The notes beneath the pieces are model-generated. The model searched no databases, had not been told where the DNA came from, and saw nothing but the letters and a program-made list of their open reading frames with translations. Below are positions 44,224 to 54,822 of a DNA stretch of 64,000 bases, in pieces. The DNA comes from Marispirochaeta sp. (GTDB taxonomy: Bacteria > Spirochaetota > Spirochaetia > JC444 > Marispirochaetaceae). Position 1 is the first letter of the stretch, and every line of letters begins with the position of its first letter. Where the stretch lies: positions 1 to 64,000 of the forward strand of contig CAXXFF010000004.1 in assembly GCA_963676835.2 (NCBI GenBank). The letters run 5' to 3'. The translations under genes and the position numbers were made by a program.

Positions 44224-44350
44224 AACATTCCTTTTACCAGGAAACTATGCTTATAAGGCCTTCCCGGAGCAATCCGGAGAAGGTCTTTTTTCTTTTTATC
44301 TAACTTTTTCTTTTTTTTGGGGGGGATGGGTGAGAGATGAAGGAGGATAT

Positions 44351-46228
44351 TCAAACCTTCAGTTTCTTCCGCAGGGTTGCCCGGTCGATCCCAAGCTGCC
44401 GTGCGGTCAGCGACAGATTACCCTGGTTGCGTTCAAACTCCCTGGCAATTATTTCTGCTTCGATCTCTTTAAGGGTACGGCCTTCAGAAACAGCCGGTTT
44501 AACAAGACCATCCCGGGACTGTTTAACCTCTGCGATAAGGTCTTCTATAATTTCATCCCGGTCTTCCCTGCTCACCGAAAGAAGAACACTGACCTTCTCT
44601 GCGAAGTTTCTCAACTGTCTCACATTTCCCGGCCAGGAACTGCAGAGAACTGCCTCTATCAGACGTTGGGGAATATCTGCTTCTAAAGTGCCGTTATTCT
44701 GCTGGAACTCCCGCAGAAAGAGGCTGAACAGGGGCACCACATCTTCCGGACGCTCCCGGAGGGGAGGAATCTCAATATCAAGAATCTTAAGACGGTAATA
44801 AAGATCACGGCGAAATCTCCCCTCCTCGGCTTCCATATACAGATCCTTGTTTGAAGCGGCAATAACCCGAACGTCAATACTGAAAATCCGGTCGTCACCG
44901 ATGCGCATAACCTGTTTTTCCTGCAGCACCCGCAGAAGACGCGCCTGAACATTCATACTCATGTCATTCACTTCGTCCAGGAAGATTGTTCCTTCGTGGG
45001 CCATCTCAAACAGACCAGGCTTTCCCCCCTTGCGGGCACCGGTAAATGCTCCCTCGGCATAGCCGAAAAGTTCAGACTCAAGCAGGCTGTCCGGCAGGGC
45101 GGCACAGTTAACCGCGACAAAAGGTCCGTTTCTCCTGCTTGATGCGGTATGAATACTCTGGGCGAAAATTTCTTTGCCGGCACCAGTTTCTCCCAGAAGA
45201 AGAATGGTTGAATCTGCCTGACTGTAACGTCTGGCCTTTTGAATAGTTTTTCTGAATCCCGGATTCTTTGCCACGATACTGTCAAATGAATATCGGGCCA
45301 CGAGCCCCCGGCTGGTTAACTGCCGCCGGATAATTCCTTCCAGATTCTGGATATAGCCGGTACTTTGAATATAGACAAGGGTGGCTGTATGGGAATGATC
45401 TGCAATAATGGGGAAAACCTCAACCAGATAGTCTGATCCCTCTACATTAACAATTTCACTCCCGTTTTTACTGCCTGTAACTCCGGAAAGAAAGTCGGGA
45501 AGATCCCCGGAATCGACGGAATTGCCCAGAACCCTGTAACGGCTTATACCAAGGATTTTTTCCGCTCTGGTGTTAATAAGCTCTATTCTGTTCTCATTAT
45601 TAAGATAGATCATTCCTTTATCAGAATGTTCCATAATGGAATTCAGCCGCTTGTTCTTTATTATCTCGTCATTCATATGCTGGTAAAACTGAACAGCAGC
45701 CTCAACTGCACTGCTGACAGCCTCGGGACCGGAGCGCACCAGCTCACTCTCCATCTGCATTTCCCGGGCTGTGGTTACCGAAACAGTATCTCCCACAACA
45801 AGGTCCGCACCCCATTTCCGTATCCGCTCGAATACATCAAACAGCTTCTCCTGGGCAGTCAGATTGAAATAGCCGAACTGTACCCCCAGGATTTCTGCAA
45901 TAGAGCGAGCCCCGCTTACAACATTTTCATATCCAACCACAGCAATATTTTTACCCATTCCTACATAGGGATACAGAGCACGGAGAAGATCGAAACTAGT
46001 TACATCAATTTCAAAGACAGGCACAGAAAGATTCTGCCGCAAAAGGGAGGCGGTGCCGCCCCGGCTTACAACAATATCTATGTTGTTCTTCATTATTTCG
46101 CCGTGGGCAACCCTCAAACCAGTCTCAAGGTCTCCATGCACAACTCGAATGTTATAGGGAGAATCAGCAAGGGTTTCCGAGGCAGTTTTTACCAGGTCCA
46201 GATATGGAGCAATTAGTAGGATATTCAC
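44351..46228 (-). CDS. PrpR-like sigma54-interacting activator (PrpR_N-PAS-AAA-HTH)
   Basis: SRGGTA, GETGAGKE, ESELFGY.EGAFTGA, WPGNVRQL and Fis-type HTH. Confidence 0.92.
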   Translation of the reverse strand: MNILLIAPYLDLVKTASETLADSPYNIRVVHGDLETGLRVAHGEIMKNNIDIVVSRGGTASLLRQNLSVPVFEIDVTSFDLLRALYPYVGMGKNIAVVGYENVVSGARSIAEILGVQFGYFNLTAQEKLFDVFERIRKWGADLVVGDTVSVTTAREMQMESELVRSGPEAVSSAVEAAVQFYQHMNDEIIKNKRLNSIMEHSDKGMIYLNNENRIELINTRAEKILGISRYRVLGNSVDSGDLPDFLSGVTGSKNGSEIVNVEGSDYLVEVFPIIADHSHTATLVYIQSTGYIQNLEGIIRRQLTSRGLVARYSFDSIVAKNPGFRKTIQKARRYSQADSTILLLGETGAGKEIFAQSIHTASSRRNGPFVAVNCAALPDSLLESELFGYAEGAFTGARKGGKPGLFEMAHEGTIFLDEVNDMSMNVQARLLRVLQEKQVMRIGDDRIFSIDVRVIAASNKDLYMEAEEGRFRRDLYYRLKILDIEIPPLRERPEDVVPLFSLFLREFQQNNGTLEADIPQRLIEAVLCSSWPGNVRQLRNFAEKVSVLLSVSREDRDEIIEDLIAEVKQSRDGLVKPAVSEGRTLKEIEAEIIAREFERNQGNLSLTARQLGIDRATLRKKLKV

Positions 46229-46311
46229 AGGTGTGAGTATAGCATATTCAGATAGACAGGATGAAAGTCAATTTTTCTGATAGAGAGGTTAAAGGATTGT
46301 TCAGTTAATAA

Positions 46312-46347
46312 AAAAAGGCTGGCCGGTTAAACCCGGGCAGCCTTTTT
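46312..46347 (-). terminator. rho-independent terminator
   Basis: AAAAAGGCTG...CAGCCTTTTT. Confidence 0.75.
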
Positions 46348-46368
46348 GCTTTTATTACAGGGTACGTT

Positions 46369-47637
46369 CTACAGGTTCTTAACAACAGAGAAGTCGCCGG
46401 TTTTGGCAGCTTCCAGTACGGAACCCATGTACTCATCAATCTGCTCTGCAACCATGGGAGTAGGCATGTTTTCCAGCTTCATCTTAAGCTGCGGGTTTTT
46501 TGCAGCGGTCAGACAGCGGGCGATGTGCTCCTGGGTAAAACCTTCAACCTCGGAAAGCTTCACGGGGAAGCCGATCTTTCTGGAAAGCTCAAGCATAGCT
46601 TCTGCAACTGCAGTTCCAAGCTCGCGTCCGGTCATTGCATTGAGGTCACCCTTAAGCAGACCAGCCTTCTCGTAGATACCGCCGACAAGCTTCAGAGGCT
46701 TTTCGATAGCCGGCGCGAAGAAAACTGTGTAGTAGGGGTTCATCATTGCACAGGCACGTCCGTGGCTGAGAATGTCGATAAGAGAGAAGCTGGTAAGGTG
46801 AGCACCGTTGGTACCGCCGACCATGATAGCGTATCCGCCCATGTCGGTGGCAATACAGAGTGCATCCCGTGCATCTTTGTCATCGGGATTGTCGATTACC
46901 TTGGGCAAGTTCTCTACAACAAGACCGATTCCGGCTTCTGCAATCTTTGCAGTAAGTTCGTAGTTGGCGTTGTTTACTGCTCCGTAAACTACTTCCAGAC
47001 AGTGGGCAATACCATCAAGAGCTCCGTCCATAATCAGGCTCTTGGGTGCACCGTAGGTTACTGCGAAGTCGAAAACGGGGAACTGAGGAACAATACCTTC
47101 GTCTACAACCAGCTTTTTCTGGCCGGTTTTGAGATCGGTAATGTTGGAGTACTTGGTCAGGTGAGCACCGGAAGATGCTGCAGTCTGAATAGCAATATGG
47201 GGGGTAAGCTTTTTGCCGCTCTTCTCGATAACAGCAGTAACCTGTCCAACTCCGAAGTAATCTTCGATGTCGCCGCCGAGAGTCCGGAGAACCTCTGCAG
47301 ACTTTACAGCATCGATGGTACTTCCACCGCCGAAACTTACGATTACATCGGGGTTTCCAGCCTTGAGGGACTCGGTGATCCGGGAAAGGTCTTCGCGGGG
47401 AGCATTGGGGCCTGCACCGGCTTCTTCTTTAACCAGCTCAACACCGGCATCTTTAAGTGATTTCCGGACAGTATCGAGAAATGTCTCGCTTCCGGGAAAT
47501 TTGTCACAAACAAGGACAGCTTTTTTACCAATCTTGGCAGCTACACCACCAACCTGGTCCAGGACATTACGTCCATAAAGATAATTTCCGCCCTTGAAAT
47601 CTTTCAAAAGGTCTTCTGCGATCTTCAAATAATCCAT
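46369..47637 (-). CDS. iron-containing alcohol dehydrogenase family
   Basis: GGGSTID, DGIAHCLE, H..SF and HG. Confidence 0.88.
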   Translation of the reverse strand: MDYLKIAEDLLKDFKGGNYLYGRNVLDQVGGVAAKIGKKAVLVCDKFPGSETFLDTVRKSLKDAGVELVKEEAGAGPNAPREDLSRITESLKAGNPDVIVSFGGGSTIDAVKSAEVLRTLGGDIEDYFGVGQVTAVIEKSGKKLTPHIAIQTAASSGAHLTKYSNITDLKTGQKKLVVDEGIVPQFPVFDFAVTYGAPKSLIMDGALDGIAHCLEVVYGAVNNANYELTAKIAEAGIGLVVENLPKVIDNPDDKDARDALCIATDMGGYAIMVGGTNGAHLTSFSLIDILSHGRACAMMNPYYTVFFAPAIEKPLKLVGGIYEKAGLLKGDLNAMTGRELGTAVAEAMLELSRKIGFPVKLSEVEGFTQEHIARCLTAAKNPQLKMKLENMPTPMVAEQIDEYMGSVLEAAKTGDFSVVKNL

Positions 47638-47755
47638 GAGTAAACTCCTTCGGGAGATTAATTTGTATACGGTTCCTTATTATTGCACTTCAAAGCGGTG
47701 CTTGGGAACCCTTCCGGCCCCTTGTCAGTAAAAAAATATTGACTTTTCCGCAAGG

Positions 47756-48715
47756 TTATGCTGGATTATTCACCGGCCATTTCGGCTTCTTTCCGCTGAG
47801 CACATCATGTATGCCGTAAGCTGCGTGCAAGGCCATGCGTATCATGCATTCAGTGGTCAAGGCAGCGTTATGGGGTGTAACTACAACATTATCCATGGCA
47901 AAAAGAGGATGGTTCTTTGCAGGAGGCTCTTCCTCAAAAACATCCAGTCCGGCGCCGGCAATACTGCCCTTCTTCAGAGCCTCTACAAGTGCAGCCTCAT
48001 CTACAACCTCGCCCCTTGCTGCATTAACAATATAGGCGGATTCCTTCATAAGGCCGAACTCTTTTGCTCCTATGGACTTCGCAGTCTGGGGAGTAGCGGG
48101 GATATGAACAGTGAGATAATCTGACTGTTTAAACATATCATCCCATTCTTCCACCCTGGTTACATACTCGGGAAAGTTCTCGGCTTTAAGATACGGATCA
48201 TAGCCCAGAACCTTCATTCCCAGTCCGTAGTAGGCTTTCTGCGCCACCAGTCTGCCGATTTTTCCCATACCCAGAACACCGAGAACTGCACCGTCAAGGT
48301 CATGTCCCTTTACCCTGTTCCGGATCTCGAAGTCGCCTGCGCGAAGGGCTTTGTCACTGCGAACAATATTATGTGCAAGAGATACGATAAGCCCGATTGC
48401 ATGTTCTGCAACGGTATTGGAATTTGATTCCGGAGCATTGGTAACCCAGATGCCCAGCTCCTCTGCTTTCTTGCAGTCAATGTTGTCAACACCGACTCCA
48501 TGACGGCCGATAACCTTCAGCTTTTTTCCTGCCTCCATTACTTCTGCAGGAAATGGAGCTGTTCGGGCCAGAATAGCGTCACAGTCCGCAACATCACGAA
48601 CAATGTCTTCCACGGTTATACCGCTGCCCATCTTCACCTCGTAGCCCTGCTCGCGCAGAAAGTCTTTTCCTTCCTCCATTACATCCTGGGGAATGAGAAC
48701 CTTGAATGCTGCCAT
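47756..48715 (-). CDS. D-2-hydroxyacid dehydrogenase (SerA-like, no ACT domain)
   Basis: GVGVDNID, GMGKIG, NAARG, LDVFEEEP and TPH. Confidence 0.92.
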   Translation of the reverse strand: MAAFKVLIPQDVMEEGKDFLREQGYEVKMGSGITVEDIVRDVADCDAILARTAPFPAEVMEAGKKLKVIGRHGVGVDNIDCKKAEELGIWVTNAPESNSNTVAEHAIGLIVSLAHNIVRSDKALRAGDFEIRNRVKGHDLDGAVLGVLGMGKIGRLVAQKAYYGLGMKVLGYDPYLKAENFPEYVTRVEEWDDMFKQSDYLTVHIPATPQTAKSIGAKEFGLMKESAYIVNAARGEVVDEAALVEALKKGSIAGAGLDVFEEEPPAKNHPLFAMDNVVVTPHNAALTTECMIRMALHAAYGIHDVLSGKKPKWPVNNPA

Positions 48716-48790
48716 GAAAACTCTCCTTATTACTTTAGTAGTGTGTAAAAACAGATACGCCCGGCAGAGAGCCGGGCGCAAAATTGATTA

Positions 48791-49545
48791 TCAGTCTTTA
48801 AATTTATTGGCGATACCTTTGAGACCGTTGGCAATAACACCAATGTCCAGGCCGCTCATAACCATCTGCATGTCGTCCTTGAACAACTCAAGGAGAGCAT
48901 CCGGAGCATGAAGAGAAAATACTTTTCCGTATTTCTTTGCAGCCGCTGCTACCTTCTTTATAGCATTAACATTGGTTTCGTTCATAATGTCCCCGGGAAC
49001 ACCCAGAGAAATCGCCAGGTCGTTGGACCGATAAGAAGAACATCGATTCCTTCTGTTGCAGCAATGGCTTCGATATTATCGATGGCTTCTTTTGTCTCGA
49101 TCTGCGCGATAGCCAGGGTTGCCGCATTCTGCTCTTTCATAAAGGTAAGAGCATCAGTCTTAAGGTTGCCGTATCCGGTATGGACACCAAGACTTCCGAA
49201 TCCCCGTCCGCCGATGGGGATATAGCGGCCCCATTCAACCAGCTTTTTGGCTTCTTCCTCTGTGCTCAGCATGGGGCACATGATTCCGGTTGCACCCGCA
49301 TCAAGCAGCCTTGATACAAAGCTTTTTGACAGTTCAGGAATCCGGGCAAAACAGCCGAGGCCGATTTCTCTTGCCAGGTTTGCCATGTTGGCAAATGACT
49401 GAATGTCATAGGTACCATGCTCCATGTCGAATAGGACGTAATCGAGTCCTGCATTCTTTGCAATCTGAATAATACCGGGGTGATCAATCATGCGGATCAT
49501 GGTTCCAACAATTTTCTTTCCATCCCTCAGTTTCTTTACAGCCAT
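48791..49545 (-). pseudogene. HpcH/HpaI-family aldolase with a 1-nt frameshift near 49025
   Basis: DMEHG and QIET are present. GGT-CC-AAC-GAC lacks one base; adding it restores IGPNDLAISLG and joins the 48791 ORF. Confidence 0.85.
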
Positions 49546-49632
49546 AGTGTTCCTCCACTAAATAAAATGTATATATTCAACCAGGACGACTGAAAAGACA
49601 GCCTGGTTATGGGATACAAAAGTACCGTTCAA

Positions 49633-50304
49633 TTACCTGGAAACGCCGGTACCTCCAGCTTTCCCCAGAAAAACCTGAGGATAGAAGGTATCGATAATGT
49701 CCCTGCAGGTTATCCGCATATGTTCACGCATGAGCTGTTCACTCTTATCTGCATCCTGATCGAGAACTGCCTGAATTATAGCCAGATGAAAATTTCGGGA
49801 AACTGTCTCTATGGACGAACTATGTCTGGCGATGTTGCTGGTAAGACGGGCAAGATAACTTACTTTATGATAAATTTCCTTCAGCAGAGCATTTGCTGAA
49901 GCATCGATAAACATGGTATGCAGATCCCGGCCGAAAACCGGACCGACTTCCGCTATCTGTTCTTCCGGGAGCGATTCAAGATTCTGCTGCAAAGCTTCCA
50001 GTTTACGGATAAACTCAGGCTCCCGGCGCTGACATGCGAGCCTGACAGCCATTCCCTCAATAGCCTCTCTGGTTTGAAAGACATCAAAAATCTGTTCCCA
50101 GCCCAGCTTGCGGACAAAAAACCCACGGGCTGGCCGCTGCTCGACAATTCCGTCCAGAACCAGCCGCCAGAGAATCTCTCGGATAGGAGTTCTGCTGATT
50201 TCATAATACTCACACAGTTCACGTTCAATCAGTGAGTCACCCTGAGAATATTCTTCACTGAGAATCTTTTCGCGCAAATCTTCAAGTATCTCGTTCTTTG
50301 TCAT
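49633..50304 (-). CDS. GntR-family (FCD) regulator
   Basis: ERELC..ISRTPIRE HTH; H..II.A..MREH. Confidence 0.92.
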   Translation of the reverse strand: MTKNEILEDLREKILSEEYSQGDSLIERELCEYYEISRTPIREILWRLVLDGIVEQRPARGFFVRKLGWEQIFDVFQTREAIEGMAVRLACQRREPEFIRKLEALQQNLESLPEEQIAEVGPVFGRDLHTMFIDASANALLKEIYHKVSYLARLTSNIARHSSSIETVSRNFHLAIIQAVLDQDADKSEQLMREHMRITCRDIIDTFYPQVFLGKAGGTGVSR

Positions 50305-50333
50305 GAGTAATACGTATCCGTCCTTGACTATTT

Positions 50334-50539
50334 TTGTATACCAACAGCATACAATCTGTCAAGCATATTGTATGCATGCATAGAGACACAGGATGGAATT
50401 GTCTGTATTTTATATCTGCACGGAAAATTAAAACGAATATCCGATTGAACTAATAATTGTATACCAAACAACTATAACCCTGAAATTGCGGAATCGTCAA
50501 GAAAATATAGCAAAGCTCTTTCTATATTGCATGCAATAT
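50334..50539. promoter_or_regulatory. multiple GntR-type operator palindromes
   Basis: TTGTATACCAA at 50334 and 50457, TTGTATGCATGCATA at 50368, and the perfect palindrome ATATTGCATGCAATAT at 50524-50539. Confidence 0.65.
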
Positions 50540-50582
50540 GTTATTCTAAGCATTATAGATACTTGCAAAAAGGATTTACCAC

Positions 50583-51857
50583 ATGGACTCAGTAAAAAGG
50601 ATTCTTTCCCGGATTGAAATACCTAAAATGTACAGGGTAAAAAATAACATAGAAAGCCCGTATATAGCTGATATACCCGGTACCGTACGTCAGATCCTGA
50701 ACAAACCGGAAATTCGTTCAACCATTAAAGAAGGTCAAACTGTTGCAATAACTGTAGGCAGCCGTGGAATCTCAAACAAACCGCTGGTAATTAAAACCCT
50801 GGTTGAAGTTCTGAAAGCATGGGGTGCCGAGCCTTTTATGTTTCCCGCGATGGGCAGTCATGGAGGAGCAGTTGCGGAAGGACAACGGGAAATGCTTATA
50901 AATCTCGGGTTTACAGAAGAGTATATCGGAGCGCCTATAAAATCATCCATGGAAACAGTTCAGATCGGAGAAACTGAATCCGGACTTCCTGTCTATGTAG
51001 ATAAATACGCCTATGAAGCCGACGCCGTAATAATAACCAACCGGGTAAAGGTGCATACCGCTTTTTCCGGTGAAATTGAGAGTGGACTGGTAAAAATGGG
51101 TGTTATCGGACTGGGAAAACAGAAGGGTGCAGAAATCTGCCATGAGCTTGGTTTCGAAGTAATGGAAGCCCGCCTTAAAGAGATATTCGCTGCCACTGTA
51201 GAGAACCTCAACATTCCCTTTGGTCTGGCCCTGATAGAAAACGGACAGCACCAGACTGCAGAACTCCATGCTGTACCAGGCAGGGAAATCCTTACAAAAG
51301 AGGTTGAAATGCAGAAAACGGCAAAACGTCTTCTTGCCCGGGTGCCATTCAAGGAACTCGAGGTTCTGGTGATCGACCAGATAGGGAAAAATATCAGCGG
51401 TACCGGGTTGGATCCTAATGTTGTCGGCCGGTACCACACGGGCCTGGGCAGCGGTGGACCATCCATCCGCAGAATAGCAGTTCTGGATATTACCGATGTT
51501 TCCCACGGAAACGGAGCCGGTCTGGGCATCAGCGACTTTACCACCCAGCGGGCGTATAAAAAGTTTGAATTCGGCCAGACCTACCCCAACCTGCTTACAT
51601 CAAACGTGCCGGTGGCCGGAATGATTCCGGTGGTTATGCCAAACGATAAAATGGCCATGCAGGCTGCCATAAAAACCTGCCTGCTCTGGGACAAATCCGA
51701 GGCCCGGGTTGTCCGCATTAAAGACACCCTTTCTTTGGAAGAATTTGAAGTATCCGAGACACTTCTTGAAGAAGTGAAAGCCAATCCGAAAATGACTGTA
51801 ATTGAAGGACCATACGAACTTAAGTTTGATGATGAGGATAATTTCAGGAAAAGATAG
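50583..51857 (+). CDS. LarA-like N-terminal (DUF2088) protein, putative hydroxy-acid racemase/epimerase
   Basis: VGSRGI, PAMGSHGGA, NRVKVHT and GKNISGTGLDPN. Confidence 0.75.
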   Translation: MDSVKRILSRIEIPKMYRVKNNIESPYIADIPGTVRQILNKPEIRSTIKEGQTVAITVGSRGISNKPLVIKTLVEVLKAWGAEPFMFPAMGSHGGAVAEGQREMLINLGFTEEYIGAPIKSSMETVQIGETESGLPVYVDKYAYEADAVIITNRVKVHTAFSGEIESGLVKMGVIGLGKQKGAEICHELGFEVMEARLKEIFAATVENLNIPFGLALIENGQHQTAELHAVPGREILTKEVEMQKTAKRLLARVPFKELEVLVIDQIGKNISGTGLDPNVVGRYHTGLGSGGPSIRRIAVLDITDVSHGNGAGLGISDFTTQRAYKKFEFGQTYPNLLTSNVPVAGMIPVVMPNDKMAMQAAIKTCLLWDKSEARVVRIKDTLSLEEFEVSETLLEEVKANPKMTVIEGPYELKFDDEDNFRKR

Positions 51858-51910
51858 GTTAAGGGCATCTCAAAAACGTGGTATTTTACCATAGTCAAGG
51901 TGGATAGATT

Positions 51911-54142
51911 TTATTCAGCTTTTTTAAAAATGAGAGGAGCTGAAACAGCCTGGTCATAATCTTTCTGACTGATCCTTTCCCGCTCAAGCATTATATCCAG
52001 ATAACTGTTCATATGACGGCGCCAGTAATCCGTTACGGCGCCGTCTTCATAATAGCGGTGATAACGCCGTGGAGAAGGAAGCACACTGGCAAGCCAGACA
52101 CTTTCTATAAGCGAAACATCCGCTGCAGATTTGCCGAAGTAGTAACGGGCAGCATAATCCACCCCGTAAATATCCGGGCCGAACTCAACCATATTCAGAT
52201 AGAGCTCCAGTATTCGTTCCCTGGGGATCCCGGCATCGTAGTTGGCGATAAACACAAGAAACGCCTCGTGGAGCTTTCGTACATATTCCCGGTCCATGGT
52301 AAGAAACAGGTTCTTGATCAGCTGCATGGTCAGCGTACTTGCTCCCAGTTCTATATCACCGGCAGCTAAGTTACGGGCCACTGCGTTTTTAAAGGTGTAC
52401 CAGTTGATACCATCATGAAAAAAGAAATCGCCGTCTTCAGCAGTGAGAACAGACTTAATAATCCAGGGGGAAATATTTTCCAGATACACGTAACGGTAGT
52501 CTGGGAGCGGGGTGCCACCGTAGAACAGGCCAAAAGCCTGTCGAGAGCTGTCGGCGTCAATGAAAGCAGGAGTAGATACAGCCCCCGGAGTATCCATATG
52601 CCGGTAAATCCAGCCAGGGGTATGCTCTGAAATATCCAGCATCAGATCAAAACCAACTGATTTTTGAGGAAGCGCTCTTAGATAGAGAGATGTTCCGGGA
52701 ATGTAATGGATAAAACCTTCTGACAGACGATAAATATTCAGCTCTTCGGGAAATGACTCAACCCCGAAATTATTAAGCTCATGGCTGGTACGCCAGTTCA
52801 TCTCGCCTACATTGCCCAGCGGAACCTCCAGATCAAGAGACCAGGCAAGGGTTCCCTTGAGAACCATATCCCGAAAAGGCCCCATTAGCTTTGCAGGAAC
52901 AGCATTTGCAAGAGACTGCACCTCGGTTTCCGGAAGATTAACCCGCAGATCGAAACGGGGGTATCCTGGCTCCTCCCCCGGAAAAATGCCGCGGAGCGCC
53001 GGCAGCACCTCCGCTTCAACTCCGTTAAACCGCAGCTGGCCTCTTCTCATCAGAATCTCGCCGTGCCGGCCGGTCCTTTCCCGGCGCAGTTCATCCTGGT
53101 TTTCGGCTACCACCGCCGGGTTGGAACCGGTAACCTGCCCGAGAATCCTTGGAGGAGGCATCGGGGCCTGGGCGTCCCAGGTAAGGTCGAAACCGTATTC
53201 TGCATTAATGCCGACTACCGGCTGTTCGGAAACTGAAGGCAGCAACACTGCACCGTCATGGAGAGTAACCGACCCCTTTATTCCGGCAATACCGGGAACC
53301 GGCGCTCGAAGTTCTGCCGATAGTGAAAGCCTGCCGCTGATCTGTTTATCTGAAAAGCGCGAACTGATTGAAGCTAATTCCCCCGGATTGATACCGGAAA
53401 CAGCAACTGTTCCTTCTGCCGACTTGCCCTGGTAATTCAGATGCAGACGGCCGGTGCATCCGCCGGAAAATTCCGCGTTCAGAACAGAATCCTGTTTTTC
53501 ATGGTTTAAGGCAAATTGAAAATCAGGTATTGCCTGAATGGTAGTATCACTTTTCTGCAGTTCGATTGAAACTGCATCTATGCTGACCTTCCCGGGGAAG
53601 TAGGGTTTTTCTGCCAGGCTGCCGACTTTTTCCCAGAGAATTTCATCCATAAAACCGGGATTCCGCTTTGACGTGTAGGATTTCCCGGAAAAAACTGCTG
53701 ATATTTCGCCGGATACAGCAGCTGCCTTCGAAACATCAGGCTGCACAGAAACCTGCATACTATTTTCGGCCGAAATATCAAGTGACGCTGCTTCGACTTT
53801 TCTGATCCATTGTGTATCGGTACGGTGAAAAAGATACCCCGGAATATCTATGGAAATTATCAGTTTGGAAAACTCCGAGCGGACCAGAATTTTGCGATCC
53901 GCAACCTTAATCAGCCGTGAAAGCTGCACCCCGTCGCAGCGGAGCCCTGCAAGAGGCACATACAGAGCACGGTTTACCGAGATATTAGCATGGAGAATCG
54001 CCGACATCCTGACTTCAGCGGTATCGATTGCCCCCGGCAGGACCATGAGATTCAGCAGCACGATAAAAAAAACCCCAGCTGCGCAAAACCAGGATAAAAC
54101 AACCAGGATGTATTTAAGGGGTGATGAATTTTTTTTCGTCAT
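51911..54142 (-). CDS. GT51 peptidoglycan transglycosylase with long N-terminal beta-rich region, no transpeptidase
   Basis: AEDGDFFFHDG, GASTLTMQLIKN, RKLHE and ILELYLN. Confidence 0.88.
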   Translation of the reverse strand: MTKKNSSPLKYILVVLSWFCAAGVFFIVLLNLMVLPGAIDTAEVRMSAILHANISVNRALYVPLAGLRCDGVQLSRLIKVADRKILVRSEFSKLIISIDIPGYLFHRTDTQWIRKVEAASLDISAENSMQVSVQPDVSKAAAVSGEISAVFSGKSYTSKRNPGFMDEILWEKVGSLAEKPYFPGKVSIDAVSIELQKSDTTIQAIPDFQFALNHEKQDSVLNAEFSGGCTGRLHLNYQGKSAEGTVAVSGINPGELASISSRFSDKQISGRLSLSAELRAPVPGIAGIKGSVTLHDGAVLLPSVSEQPVVGINAEYGFDLTWDAQAPMPPPRILGQVTGSNPAVVAENQDELRRERTGRHGEILMRRGQLRFNGVEAEVLPALRGIFPGEEPGYPRFDLRVNLPETEVQSLANAVPAKLMGPFRDMVLKGTLAWSLDLEVPLGNVGEMNWRTSHELNNFGVESFPEELNIYRLSEGFIHYIPGTSLYLRALPQKSVGFDLMLDISEHTPGWIYRHMDTPGAVSTPAFIDADSSRQAFGLFYGGTPLPDYRYVYLENISPWIIKSVLTAEDGDFFFHDGINWYTFKNAVARNLAAGDIELGASTLTMQLIKNLFLTMDREYVRKLHEAFLVFIANYDAGIPRERILELYLNMVEFGPDIYGVDYAARYYFGKSAADVSLIESVWLASVLPSPRRYHRYYEDGAVTDYWRRHMNSYLDIMLERERISQKDYDQAVSAPLIFKKAE

Positions 54143-54232
54143 TTCGTAGTTATCTGCAATTAGAAAATCGGTTGTATATCAGTACAAGAATGTCATTATT
54201 GTTGAGCGGGGTCAAGTAAGCTGTATTTAATA

Positions 54233-54262
54233 AAAAGGGCTGCCCTGGTTTCCGGCAGCCCT
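54233..54262 (-). terminator. terminator hairpin
   Basis: AGGGCTGCC...GGCAGCCCT with an A-run on +. Confidence 0.65.
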
Positions 54263-54295
54263 CTGAATAATACATCTCAATTCTCTATAAAAGGA

Positions 54296-54805
54296 TTACC
54301 CCTCATTATAGGCATAGTAAAGAATTGAACCAACTGTTGCGAGTGAACCGGAGCTAACAGAAAATGCATCGGTTAAACCTGCATAATACGCACTCTCTCC
54401 ATCGCCTGCTGCGTATTGTACATACTCAAGAAAGACCTGGTAGCTTCCGGACGGCAAATTTGCAAGAATAACCAGTCCTCCAGGCAGAAGAGCCTGGCCA
54501 AGGTAAAATGCCTGAGTATTTAACGGTGCTGCAAACTGTGAAGGATAATAATAACAGCTGTTTGTTTCAACATCTTCTATCCATATAATACTTTCCGAAA
54601 TCATGGCTTCCACATCCGCGACATTGAAAAGATACGCCTTCATATAGTAGCCGTCCCCCGCATAGCCTACCGGAGCCTGAGTAACCATATCCAGACTTAT
54701 GGTAGTCTGGGAATCTTCATCCGCAGGGCTGATATAACAGGAGGTGAGGAAGGTAAACCCGAGAAACAGAACACAAACTCCTGCGAACCGGACAAAATTT
54801 TTCAT
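54296..54805 (-). CDS. lipoprotein
   Basis: RBS GGAGG; MKNFVRFAGVCVLFLGFTFLTSC lipobox. Confidence 0.8.
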   Translation of the reverse strand: MKNFVRFAGVCVLFLGFTFLTSCYISPADEDSQTTISLDMVTQAPVGYAGDGYYMKAYLFNVADVEAMISESIIWIEDVETNSCYYYPSQFAAPLNTQAFYLGQALLPGGLVILANLPSGSYQVFLEYVQYAAGDGESAYYAGLTDAFSVSSGSLATVGSILYYAYNEG

Positions 54806-54822
54806 TATACTATCCTCCCCTT

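Noticed and set aside
46525..47460. 311-aa plus-strand ORF (also 35096-36094, 7572-8180 and similar)
   Set aside because: Antisense shadows of well-supported genes, with no motifs of their own.
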